Positions 33,698-43,088 of a DNA stretch of 64,000 nucleotides are shown in pieces (the stretch's first letter is position 1; each line of letters begins with the position of its first letter). Source of the stretch: an uncultured Alphaproteobacteria bacterium (lineage in GTDB: Bacteria; Pseudomonadota; Alphaproteobacteria; Rhizobiales; Xanthobacteraceae); assembly GCA_963786355.1 (NCBI GenBank), contig CAWAYU010000004.1, forward strand, positions 338,293-402,292. Direction: 5' to 3'. The notes below the pieces were generated by a model. The model made no database searches, was not told the DNA's origin, and was given only the letters and a program-made list of their open reading frames with translations. A program made the position numbers and the translations under genes.

Positions 33698-34538
33698 GTG
33701 TCCGAACTCTACGACGAACTGGAATCGCAGCAACAGCGCCAGCGGTCGCGGCTGGATCGATTCCTGCGGTACGCGCTCGTGGTCGTCCTCGGCTACACCG
33801 CGCTCGCCTATCTGCTGTTGCCATTGTTCTGGACCCACTACGAACACCAGAAGGGCCTCGCCAACCTGCCGATGGTGACGCGCACCGCGCAAGGCATTCC
33901 CGGCGATCCCATGAATGTCGGCCTGATCGGCGACAAGAAAGACGTGGTCTGCGCGATGCACCAGGCCGGCTGGTATCCGGCCGACCCGATCACGCTGAAA
34001 TCATCGATCGAGATCGTGGGCAGCGTGCTGCTCGACCGACCCTACAAGGACGCGCCGGTGAGCAATCTCTATTATCTCGGCCGCCGCGAGGATCTCGCTT
34101 TTGAAAAGCCGATCGGCCAGAACGCCGATCGCCGCAACCATGTCCGCTACTGGAAGGTGCTCGACCAGGGCGAGGAAAAACGCCCGGTGTGGCTGGGCGC
34201 GGCGACGGAAGATCGCGGCGTCGGCGTCAGCAAATATACGGTGGCCGTGACGCATCACATCAGCGCCGACCTCGATGCCGAACGCGCGCTGCTGACGAAC
34301 GATCTGGAAAACGCAGGCATGGTCGACGCCAAATATCAGGTCACCGGGCATCGGGCCGACGCTCACGGGCCGCAATGGCGGCGGCGATCTCTATTATACC
34401 GACGGCGAGATCTGGGTGCTGCGGCTGGTGGAGGCCTGCAAGAAACGCGACGGGCCCGCGGTGACGATCCCGAGCCCGCCGGCGACCGAGATGAAGGACC
34501 AGATCTGGCACGCGATCGCGGACGCTGTATCGAAATGA
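33698..34538 (+). CDS. LssY C-terminal domain protein (frameshift near 34347)
   Basis: PGDPMNV, APVSNLY, DLAFEK, RRNHVRYW and THHISADLDAER; then GRNGGGDLYYTDG in the shifted frame. Confidence 0.8.
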
Positions 34539-34577
34539 TGCGAGAACACTCGGTGCAATCGGCTGTTTTTGCGGCTC

Positions 34578-34637
34578 TGGATTGCTTCGCTGCCCTCTCA
34601 TGCACAAACGCCTCGCGTTTGTTGCAGACAATGACGG
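34578..34637. repeat. Half REP element with hairpin module
   Basis: TGGATTGCTTCGC...TGCACAAACGCCTCGCGTTTGTTGCAGACAATGACGG, nearly the reverse complement of 7904-7965. Confidence 0.75.
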
Positions 34638-34707
34638 ACCTGATCGCCTATTGTGGAACGCAGGGCTGAATGTTCGACGCTAAATCTCCGACAAGGAAAA
34701 CCAAAAA

Positions 34708-35892
34708 ATGACCGTTCGCGCGGGCCGGGAATTTCTGGCCATCCCCGGGCCCACCACGATGCCCGACGAAGTGCTGCAGGCGATGCATCGCCCGGCGCTC
34801 GACATCTATTCCAACGAAATGGTGGAGCTGACGCACGGCCTGCTCGACGACATCACCAAATTGTTCAAGACCAAGGGCAACCCCTACATCTACATCGCCA
34901 ACGGTCATGGCGCCTGGGAAGCGACGCTCTCCAACGTGCTGTCGCGCGGCGACAAGCTGCTGGTGCTGGAAAGCGGCCGCTTCGCGATCAACTGGGGCAA
35001 TGCGGCATCAGCAATGGGCGTCGAGGTCGAGGTGCTGAAAGGCGACTGGCGCCGCGCGGTCCGGCCTGCCGAAGTCGAGGCACGGCTGCGCCAGGACAAG
35101 GATCACACCATCAAGGCCATCGCCGTGGTGCAGGTCGATACCGCATCGGGCGCCTATAACGACATCGAAGCGATCGGCAAGGCGATCAAGGCTTCCGGTC
35201 ATCCGGCGCTGTACATGGTCGATACGGTCGCTTCGCTCGGCTGCATGCCGTTCGAGATGGACGCGTGGGGCGTCGACGTTGCGATGTCAGGTTCGCAGAA
35301 GGGCCTGATGACGCCGCCCGGCCTCGGCTTCGTCGCCGCCAACGACCGCGCCCGCGAGGTGCACAAGAAAGCAAATTTGCGTACTCCGTATTGGGACTGG
35401 ACCGAGCGCGACGGCAGCGAGCACTACCGCAAATATGCCGGCACCGCGCCGGTGCATCTGTTGTTCGCGCTGCGCAAGGCGATCGACATGCTCTACGCCG
35501 AGGGACTGGAGAACGCGTCGCTGCGTCATCGTCTGCTCGGCGAAGCGGTGCGCCGCGCGGTTTCGGTGTGGGCCGAGGGCCAGGTGCTCGGCTTCAACAT
35601 CACCGAGGCCCATGAACGCTCCAATACCGTCACCACGGTGACGATGAAGGGCCACGATCCTGCTGCGCTGCAGCGCTACTGCAAGGAAAAATGCGGCGTG
35701 GTGCTCGGTACCGGGATCGGCGACCTCTCCGGCCAGGCGTTCCGGATCGCCCATATGGGCCACGTCAACGCGCCGATGGTCTTGGGCACGCTCGGCGTCA
35801 TCGAGGTCGCCCTCAATGCGCTCGACATCCCCCACGGCAAGGGGGGAACCGGAGCCGCGATCGAGTATCTCGGCGAAAGCGTGAGTGCGTAA
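34708..35892 (+). CDS. Class V PLP aminotransferase (serine/alanine-glyoxylate type)
   Basis: IPGPT, VDTVASLG, SGSQKGLMTPPG (PLP Lys) and FRIAHMG. Confidence 0.92.
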   Translation: MTVRAGREFLAIPGPTTMPDEVLQAMHRPALDIYSNEMVELTHGLLDDITKLFKTKGNPYIYIANGHGAWEATLSNVLSRGDKLLVLESGRFAINWGNAASAMGVEVEVLKGDWRRAVRPAEVEARLRQDKDHTIKAIAVVQVDTASGAYNDIEAIGKAIKASGHPALYMVDTVASLGCMPFEMDAWGVDVAMSGSQKGLMTPPGLGFVAANDRAREVHKKANLRTPYWDWTERDGSEHYRKYAGTAPVHLLFALRKAIDMLYAEGLENASLRHRLLGEAVRRAVSVWAEGQVLGFNITEAHERSNTVTTVTMKGHDPAALQRYCKEKCGVVLGTGIGDLSGQAFRIAHMGHVNAPMVLGTLGVIEVALNALDIPHGKGGTGAAIEYLGESVSA

Positions 35893-35911
35893 GGCTTTCC
35901 GAGCCCAAAAT

Positions 35912-35996
35912 CGTAGGATGGGTGGAGCGCAGCGATACCCATCACAATACCGCCGATTGGAATTGATGGGTATCGCTGCGCTCCACCCATCCTACG
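35912..35996. repeat. GTAG-family REP doublet (REPIN-like)
   Basis: CGTAGGATGGGTGGAGCGCAGCGATACCCATC...GATGGGTATCGCTGCGCTCCACCCATCCTACG, a perfect 32-bp IR. Confidence 0.9.
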
Positions 35997-36023
35997 GCTT
36001 TTCCTCCCCGCATTTTTCGTGCT

Positions 36024-36039
36024 TACTGGTATACAAGTA
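36024..36039. promoter_or_regulatory. Putative GntR-family operator
   Basis: TACTGGTATACAAGTA near-palindrome, 50 bp upstream of the ABC operon. Confidence 0.5.
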
Positions 36040-36089
36040 GACAAGCGCCGGACGCTGATCCGCGCACGAAAAATGCTGGAGGAATCCGA

Positions 36090-37151
36090 TTGGCGTCCGT
36101 TGATTTGCGCGGCCTGACCAAGCGCTTTGGGCCGCTTGCCGTGGTCGATAACGTCTCGTTGCGGATCGATCATGGGCAGCTGGTCTGCCTGCTCGGACCG
36201 TCCGGCTGCGGCAAGACCACGACATTGCGGCTGATCGCCGGTTTTCTCGAGCCTTCCGACGGCGAAATCCATGTCGGCGACCGGCTGGTGTCGTCGAAGG
36301 CGCGCACGCTGCCGCCCGAGCAGCGCAAGATGTCGATGATTTTCCAGAGCTACGCGCTGTGGCCGCATATGACGGTCACTGAGAACATCGTCTATGGCCT
36401 GCGGCTGCGCAAAATGGACCGCGACACCATCGCGAAGAAACTGGCGGCTATTCTCGCCACCACCAAGCTCGAACCGCTGGCGCAGCGTTACCCCGGCGAA
36501 CTCTCCGGCGGCCAGCAGCAGCGCGTGGCGCTGGCGCGCGCGCTGATCGTCGAGCCCGAGACGCTGCTGCTCGACGAACCCTTGTCCAATCTCGACGCCA
36601 ATCTGCGCGAGGAAATGCGGTTCGAGATCCGCCGGCTGCACGACGAATATCGCTACACCACGGTCTATGTCACCCACGACCAGTCCGAAGCCATGACCAC
36701 GGCCGACCTGATCGCGGTCATGAACGGCGGCAAGATCGACCAGCTCGGTTCGCCCGAAGACATTTACGCGCGCCCGGAATCCGAATTCGTCGCGCGCTTC
36801 ATCGGCGCCAGCAATGTCATCAAGGGCACCGCGCGCGACGCCAACCATGTCTCGTTCGCGGGCGCGACCCTGCAAGTTATCGGTGCGCCGCTGACATCAG
36901 GCCAAAGCGCCGCGGTCGCGATTCGCCAGCACGATATCGGGCTTTCGACGCAAGCACCGGCTTCGCCTGAAAACACCATCAAGGCCGTCGTGACCCGTCA
37001 GGTCTTTCTCGGCGCCGCGCGCGACTACATGGTCGAAGTCGCGGATGGCACCTTGCTCCGCGTCACCACTCCGACCGAAACCAATGTCGGAAAAGGCAGC
37101 GAAGTCTGGCTGACGCTGCCGCCCGACCGCTGCCGCGCGCTGAGCCGCTAA
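36090..37151 (+). CDS. ABC ATP-binding protein (FbpC/PotA-like)
   Basis: GPSGCGKT, LSGGQQQR, LLLDEP and a TOBE-like tail. Confidence 0.93.
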   Translation: MASVDLRGLTKRFGPLAVVDNVSLRIDHGQLVCLLGPSGCGKTTTLRLIAGFLEPSDGEIHVGDRLVSSKARTLPPEQRKMSMIFQSYALWPHMTVTENIVYGLRLRKMDRDTIAKKLAAILATTKLEPLAQRYPGELSGGQQQRVALARALIVEPETLLLDEPLSNLDANLREEMRFEIRRLHDEYRYTTVYVTHDQSEAMTTADLIAVMNGGKIDQLGSPEDIYARPESEFVARFIGASNVIKGTARDANHVSFAGATLQVIGAPLTSGQSAAVAIRQHDIGLSTQAPASPENTIKAVVTRQVFLGAARDYMVEVADGTLLRVTTPTETNVGKGSEVWLTLPPDRCRALSR

Positions 37152-37177
37152 ATCAGAACAAGAAACGGGAGGACGCG

Positions 37178-38257
37178 ATGAAACAAAAAAGGCTTTCCCG
37201 GCGTGACATCCTGCAAGCCGCCGCAAAGGCATCCGCTGCACTGGCGGCGGAAAGCGTGTTCGCCGCGCCGGTTCGCGCCGAAGCGCCCGCGCCGGTCGCG
37301 ATCACGCCCGCATTGGTCGAAGAGGCAAAGAAGGAAGCCAAGGTCGTTCTTTATTCCTCGATGGACCTGCCGGTCGGCGAAAAGCTCGGCAAGGCGTTCG
37401 AGGCGGCCTATCCCGGCATGTCCGTGCAGATCGAGCGCTCCGGCTCCGAGCGACTGTTCCAGCGGCTCGACCAGGAGTTCGCTTCCAACATCCGCGCCGC
37501 CGACGTCGTCAACACCTCGGATGCGTCGCACATCATCTCCTGGAAGAAGAACGGCTGGCTGGCGCCGTTCGTGTCGGAGGATATCGCCAAACATTTCCTC
37601 CCTGAATATCGCGACCCCGACGGCATGTCCGCGACCTCGCGGATCTATCTGTCGTCGATCGCCTACAACACCAAGCTGGTAAAGCCCGAGGACGCGCCGA
37701 AAAGCTACGCCGACCTGCTCGATCCCAAATGGGCCGGCAAGATGGTCAAGGGTCATCCCGCCTATAGCGGCACCATCATGACCGCGACCTTCCAGCTGGT
37801 GCGCGAACTGGGCTGGGATTATCTGGACAAGCTGTCGAAGCAGCGTGTGATGCAGGTACAGTCCTCGACCGATCCGCCAAAGAAACTGGCGCTCGGCGAG
37901 CGCGCCGTGATGGCCGACGGCAATGAATATGGCGTCGTGCTGCTGAAGGAAGCCGGTCAGCCGGTCGAGCCGATCTATCCGACCGAAGGCACGCCGACGA
38001 TCTCCGGGCCGACGGCGATCTTCGCCTCCGCGCCGCATCCCAATGCCGCGCGGCTGTTCCAGGCATGGCTGCACACCCGCGAGACGCAACAGTTCTTCAG
38101 CGACTACACCGCGCAATATTCGGCCCATGCGCAGGTGACGCCGCACCCCGGCCGCCGGAAGCTCTCCGACATCAAGCTGATGAAGGAGGACGCCGCCGGC
38201 GTCGAGAAAATGGCGGAAGAAATCAAGACGCGCTATGCGCGGCTGTTCAAGGTTTAG
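37178..38257 (+). CDS. ABC substrate-binding protein (AfuA/FbpA-like), Tat signal
   Basis: SRRDIL twin-Arg motif, YNTKLV, DLLDPKW and APHPNAARLF. Confidence 0.88.
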   Translation: MKQKRLSRRDILQAAAKASAALAAESVFAAPVRAEAPAPVAITPALVEEAKKEAKVVLYSSMDLPVGEKLGKAFEAAYPGMSVQIERSGSERLFQRLDQEFASNIRAADVVNTSDASHIISWKKNGWLAPFVSEDIAKHFLPEYRDPDGMSATSRIYLSSIAYNTKLVKPEDAPKSYADLLDPKWAGKMVKGHPAYSGTIMTATFQLVRELGWDYLDKLSKQRVMQVQSSTDPPKKLALGERAVMADGNEYGVVLLKEAGQPVEPIYPTEGTPTISGPTAIFASAPHPNAARLFQAWLHTRETQQFFSDYTAQYSAHAQVTPHPGRRKLSDIKLMKEDAAGVEKMAEEIKTRYARLFKV

Positions 38258-38280
38258 GATGCAGGTGCTAACGCCTTTCA

Positions 38281-38433
38281 CCTCACCCCGCTTGCGGGGA
38301 GAGGTCGGATCGCCTCGGCGATGCGAAAGCATCGTCCGGAGCAATCCGGGTGAGGGGGACTATCCGCGAGTCCGGACTCGCCGAGAGAAGCCCCTCACCC
38401 CAACTCTCTCCCCGCAAGCGCGGGGCGAGGGAG
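38281..38433. repeat. REP-like palindrome, CCCCGCTTGCGGGGAGAGG family
   Basis: Same arms as 33520, with an extra CGATGCGAAAGCATCG hairpin. Confidence 0.88.
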
Positions 38434-38458
38434 TTAGATCGCAGAACTTGGAAACAAC

Positions 38459-40178
38459 ATGACCATCACCACCACCGCTCCACCGAAAACCCGCATCGAC
38501 TGGACCAGGCCAGTACTGTCGCTGGTTGCGTTTGGCATGGTGGTGCTGATCGCGCTGCCGCTGTCGTGGCTGGCGATCTACGCATTTACGGACAAGGCGC
38601 GGCATCCGACGCTGCAGAACTTCGTCACCCTGTTCACCAATCCTGACTTCCTCGACCCGCTGCTGACCACTGCGATCATCGCCACCAGTTCGGCGCTGAT
38701 CTGCTGTCTCGTCGCCGCGCCGATCGGCTGGCTGGTCTCCCGCACCGACATGCCCGGCCGGCAGACCATCCGCGCGCTGGTGACGGCCTCGTTCGTGACG
38801 CCGCCGTTTCTCGGCGCGGTCGCCTGGGAATTGCTGGCCGCGCCGAACAGCGGATTGTTGAACCAGCTCTATCGGTACCTGACCGGCGCCGAATCGGACG
38901 CGCATCTGTTCAACATCTATTCACTGACCGGAATCATCTTCGTCATCTCCTGCTACACTTTTCCGTTCGTGTTCGTGCTGGTCGCCAACGCGCTCGACAA
39001 CATGCCGGGCGAACTCGAAGACGCTTCCGCCATTCTCGGCGGCAAGGCCTGGACCACCGCGCGGCGCGTCACCATTCCCTTGGCGCTGCCGGCGCTGGTC
39101 GCGGGCGCGCTGATCGCGTTCCTGCAGGCGATGACGCTGTTCGGATCGCCGGCGATCCTGGCGCTGCCCGGCCGGCTTCCACACCATGACCACGAAAATC
39201 TGGAGCCTGTTCCAGTATCCGCCGAAGCTCGAACTCGCGGCGGCCGCCGCGGTACCGCTGCTGGTGCTGACGATCCTGCTGCTGCAGGGCCAAAAATTCC
39301 TGCTCGGCCGCCGCGGCTACTCGGTGGTCGGCGGCAAATACGGCGCGCCACGCCAGGTCGAACTGAAGGGCCTGCGCTGGGTAGCGCTGGCGTTCTGCCT
39401 CGTGGTGCTGCTCAATCCGGTATTCCTGCCCTATATGGCGCTGCTCAACGCCGCATTCTCGCCGAACGCGACCACGCTGGTGACGCCGTCGACCTTCACG
39501 TTCCACAACGTCGTCTTCGTGTTCACGGAATTGTCGTCGACCCAGCTCGCGCTCAAGAACACGGTGATCCTCGGCGCCTCGACCGCGACCATCGGGACGA
39601 TCCTCGCGCTGGTCATCGCCTATGTCACCACCCGCCGTGTGATCGCGGGTCATCGTATCCTCGGTTTTCTCGCCACGGCACCGGTCGCCGTGCCCGGCAT
39701 CGTGCTCGGCGTCGGCCTGTTCCTGAGCTACACCAAGCCGCCCTTCGTACTCTACGGCACGCTGTGGATTTTGCTGATCGCGTTCCTCACCATCAACCTG
39801 CCGTCGGCCTATCAGCAATTGCAGGCGGCGTTCGCGACCATTCATCCCGAACTGGAAGACGCCAGCCGCATCCTCGGTGCGACGCGGCTGCAGTCGCTGC
39901 GCCAGATCACGGCGCCGCTGCTGCGCACCGGCGTGATCGCGACCTGGTGCTTCATCTTTATCGGCGTGATGCGCGAATTATCGGCGGCGATCGTGTTGTT
40001 CACCTCGCAGACCAAGGTGCTGAGCGTCCTGATCTACGATCTCAACGAAAGCGGCGACCTCGCCGCAATCTCGGTGCTCGGCATCGCGATGCTGGTCATC
40101 ACCTTCGCCGTGGTGACGGCGGTCAACCGGATTCCGATGTTCGGCGGCAACGCGACGGCGCGATTGCGGAATAGCTAG
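38459..40178 (+). CDS. ABC permease (FbpB-like, duplicated; frameshift near 39170)
   Basis: Two EAA-like motifs, LEDASAILG and LEDASRILGA. Confidence 0.88.
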
Positions 40179-40186
40179 ACCCTCCT

Positions 40187-40300
40187 CCGTCATTGCGAGC
40201 GAAGCGAAGCAATCCAGTCTTTTCACGCAAAAAGACTGCGATTGCTTCGTCGCTTCGCTCCCTTGCACAAACGCTTCGCGTTTGTTGCAGGCAATGACGG
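40187..40300. repeat. REP-like palindrome, GTCATTGCGAG family, with hairpin module
   Basis: CCGTCATTGCGAG...CAAACGCTTCGCGTTTG...GCAATGACGG. Confidence 0.85.
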
Positions 40301-40302
40301 GG

Positions 40303-41413
40303 CTAGCGCTCCAATCGGTATGCCTCGACCTGTGCCTTTAGCCGATCCAGCGACGCCAACGGCTTGGCGCGATCGACCGCATATTTCCGCTCCGCCAGCC
40401 ACGTCAGCAGCTTCAGATCAATCGCCGGCGAGTGATGAATCACGTCGCCGTAATTATCGAGATCATGGGTGACGTCCTCGACCGCGCGGAAATCGTAAAG
40501 CCGCACGTTCGGAAACTGCACCAGCCGCGGAAGCGCATAGGCCGCAAAATCGTAGACGGTCTTCAGCGTCGCCGGCGAGAAGTCGCGCATCGCCACGAAC
40601 TGCAGGATTGAATAGGGCGGAAAATAGATATCGAACGTCACGTCAGGATGTTTCGCGATCAGGCCGATGGTATCGCGCTCAAACGCCCGGACCATCGTGG
40701 CGTAGTCGTAGCCGTCCGCCAGATATCGGCTGCGCACGGGATCGGTGATGTGTCGGAAGGCGGCGAGTGCTTTTTTGGCGTTGTAGGCTCCGGCAACGTC
40801 GTAATCCCTTGGCAGTGAATTGATGTCGTCGACATCGGCGATCGGAAACTTGAAAGCCAGATCCGACGTCAACCGCGCGACGGCCGGCTGCAACAGCGGT
40901 AGCGACCGCGCCAAGATCCACAACGACTCCCGCGCCATCTGGCCGCTGAACAAATAGCGTGCGATGCCCGCGACGCTCCGCCGATAGAGCGCCGCCGGAA
41001 GATAGATGTCGGAATCCGGTTCCGGTGCATCGTGAAAGATCCATTCGTCGAGCTGCCAGATCACGCGCTGCGGATGCCGCGCCATCGCGGCGTCAAGCAC
41101 AAAGCTCTGCTCGCGCGAGCTTCGAACCCGTCATCGACAGTTTGAGCGAGCGGCCGCCGAGGATGCGGTCGATGTCGCTTTGCCGGAAGTGAATCGCGAG
41201 CGACGTGCCCATGAGGGCAGTGTCGAAGGGCTGGCTTTGGATCAGGCCGGCGTCCTGCATTCGCGTATCCGCCGAGTACATCGCCGGAAACAGCCGCGAC
41301 GGACGGAACAGCTGCAGGGGATCGACGACGAAGTTGAGCGTTGCGGCCATCAGGATGATCGCCGCGCTTGCACCGAGAAATCTAATGAGAGCTTTGGACA
41401 CGGCTGGGGTCAA
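40303..41413 (-). CDS. Membrane-anchored SGNH-like partner of the MBOAT (frameshift near 41120)
   Basis: N-terminal TM plus NFVVDP, MGTS (GxS) and YGDVIHH (DxxH). Translationally coupled to the MBOAT. Confidence 0.7.
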
Positions 41414-42846
41414 AACCTGAAATAGATGAATTCGCTGTGCTGCTGGATTCCGAGAACCCCGAATGCCAGCACGACTGCGCTGGCATAGAGGAACCAGGGA
41501 CGGAAATGCGCATTCGCGAATTTCTCACCAACGGTGCGGCGCTCGTGATCGTAGCCCATGATCGCCTGCGTGTTCGGCGCGAACCAGGCCAGCGCAGCAT
41601 AGAACGCGATGAAGGCGAGATTGAAGATCTCGACGCGGCCGAGCGCAAGCCGGGTGGGGTCGGCCATCCGCACCAGCACGTAGACAGCCGAGTCGATGTC
41701 GTTGGCGCGGAAGAATACCCAGGCGACGACAACAGACAGAAACGTCAGAGTGAAGCCCGCAATGGCCGCAAGCGGCTGCAGTCGCGGCGCGACCGCAGGA
41801 CCAAACCGGTTCCAGGCGTGATTGATGCAGAGATAGGCGCCATGCAGCGCGCCCCAGACGACAAAGGTCCAGGCCGCGCCGTGCCAGAGGCCGCCGAGCA
41901 GCATGGTGATCATCAGGTTGACATAGCGCCACACCGGGCCGCGCCGGTTGCCGCCCAGGGATATGTAGAGATAGTCACGCAGGAATTGCGACAGCGTCAT
42001 GTGCCAGCGCCGCCAAAAGTCGATGATCGACGTCGCCTTGTAGGGCGAATTGAAATTCAGCGGCAGGAAGATGCCGAACATCAGCGATATGCCGATCGCC
42101 ATGTCCGAATAACCCGAGAAATCGAAATAGAGCTGGAACGTGTAGGCCAGTGCGCCGATCCAGGCCTGATCGAAGGTCGGCGATCCCGGACCGAACACCG
42201 GCCCCACCAGCGGCTGGATGCCGTCGGCAAGGCAGGTCTTCTTGAACAGGCCTATCGCGAAGATGATCAGGCCGCACAGCATGAGGTGCGGATCGGGCCG
42301 CTTCGTTTCCGCGCGCTCGAATTGCGGGATCATATCCCGGTGGTGCAGGATCGGCCCGGCGATCAGATGCGGGAAGTAAGTCACGAACAGCGCGTAATGC
42401 GGCAGCCCATAACGGGCGACCTTGCTTCTGTAGGCATCGACCAGAAACGCAATCTGCGTAAAAGTGTAGAAGGAGATGCCGACCGGCAGCAGGATATGGA
42501 CGACAAAGCCGGTCGAAAATATCGCGTTGAAGTTGGCGGCGAGGAAGCCGGCATACTTGAAAATACCGAGCACCAGCAGATCGCCGGCGACACCGGCCGT
42601 GAGCACGGCAAACCGCATCCCGGGACGCAGCTTCCTCTCAATCAGCAGATAGCCGACGCTGTAATTGAATGCGATCGAGCCCAGCAGCAGCGGCACGTAC
42701 TGCCAATTGCCAAGGCAATAGAAAGCCAACGAGGCCAGCGCCAGCCAAACCACCGGGGCCCAATTGCTGCCGCGGCCGAGCGCGAAATAGCCCGCCAGCA
42801 CCACCGGCAGGAACAAAAAAATGAACGCATAGGAATTGAAGAGCAT
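41410..42846 (-). CDS. MBOAT O-acyltransferase (AlgI/DltB/PatA-like)
   Basis: MLFNS, LPVGISFYTF, YFDFSGYSDMA, FWRRWHMTLS, GGLWHGA and C-terminal FIYFRF. Confidence 0.93.
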   Translation of the reverse strand: MLFNSYAFIFLFLPVVLAGYFALGRGSNWAPVVWLALASLAFYCLGNWQYVPLLLGSIAFNYSVGYLLIERKLRPGMRFAVLTAGVAGDLLVLGIFKYAGFLAANFNAIFSTGFVVHILLPVGISFYTFTQIAFLVDAYRSKVARYGLPHYALFVTYFPHLIAGPILHHRDMIPQFERAETKRPDPHLMLCGLIIFAIGLFKKTCLADGIQPLVGPVFGPGSPTFDQAWIGALAYTFQLYFDFSGYSDMAIGISLMFGIFLPLNFNSPYKATSIIDFWRRWHMTLSQFLRDYLYISLGGNRRGPVWRYVNLMITMLLGGLWHGAAWTFVVWGALHGAYLCINHAWNRFGPAVAPRLQPLAAIAGFTLTFLSVVVAWVFFRANDIDSAVYVLVRMADPTRLALGRVEIFNLAFIAFYAALAWFAPNTQAIMGYDHERRTVGEKFANAHFRPWFLYASAVVLAFGVLGIQQHSEFIYFRF

Positions 42847-42964
42847 CAGGCTTTCCCGGCGGGGCCGAAAAGCCTAACCATACAAAGAAGCGGGCAACAA
42901 CCCTGCGGGATGGGGTGTGGCAATCCGCGCTTTTGACCCGATATAAGAGGCAAGATTTCTTCTC

Positions 42965-43050
42965 GTCATGCGCGGGCTTGACCCGCGCATCCATCAAAAA
43001 GAAAGCCCTTATTTCGATTGATGGGTTGCCGGGTCAAGCCCGGCAATGAC
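42965..43050. repeat. REP-like palindrome, GTCATG..GGGCTTGACCCG family
   Basis: GTCATGCGCGGGCTTGACCCGCGCATCCATC...GATGGGTTGCCGGGTCAAGCCCGGCAATGAC. Confidence 0.85.
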
Positions 43051-43088
43051 ACAGATGGCGGTTCCGCCTAAAGCCAACGAGGACTTGA

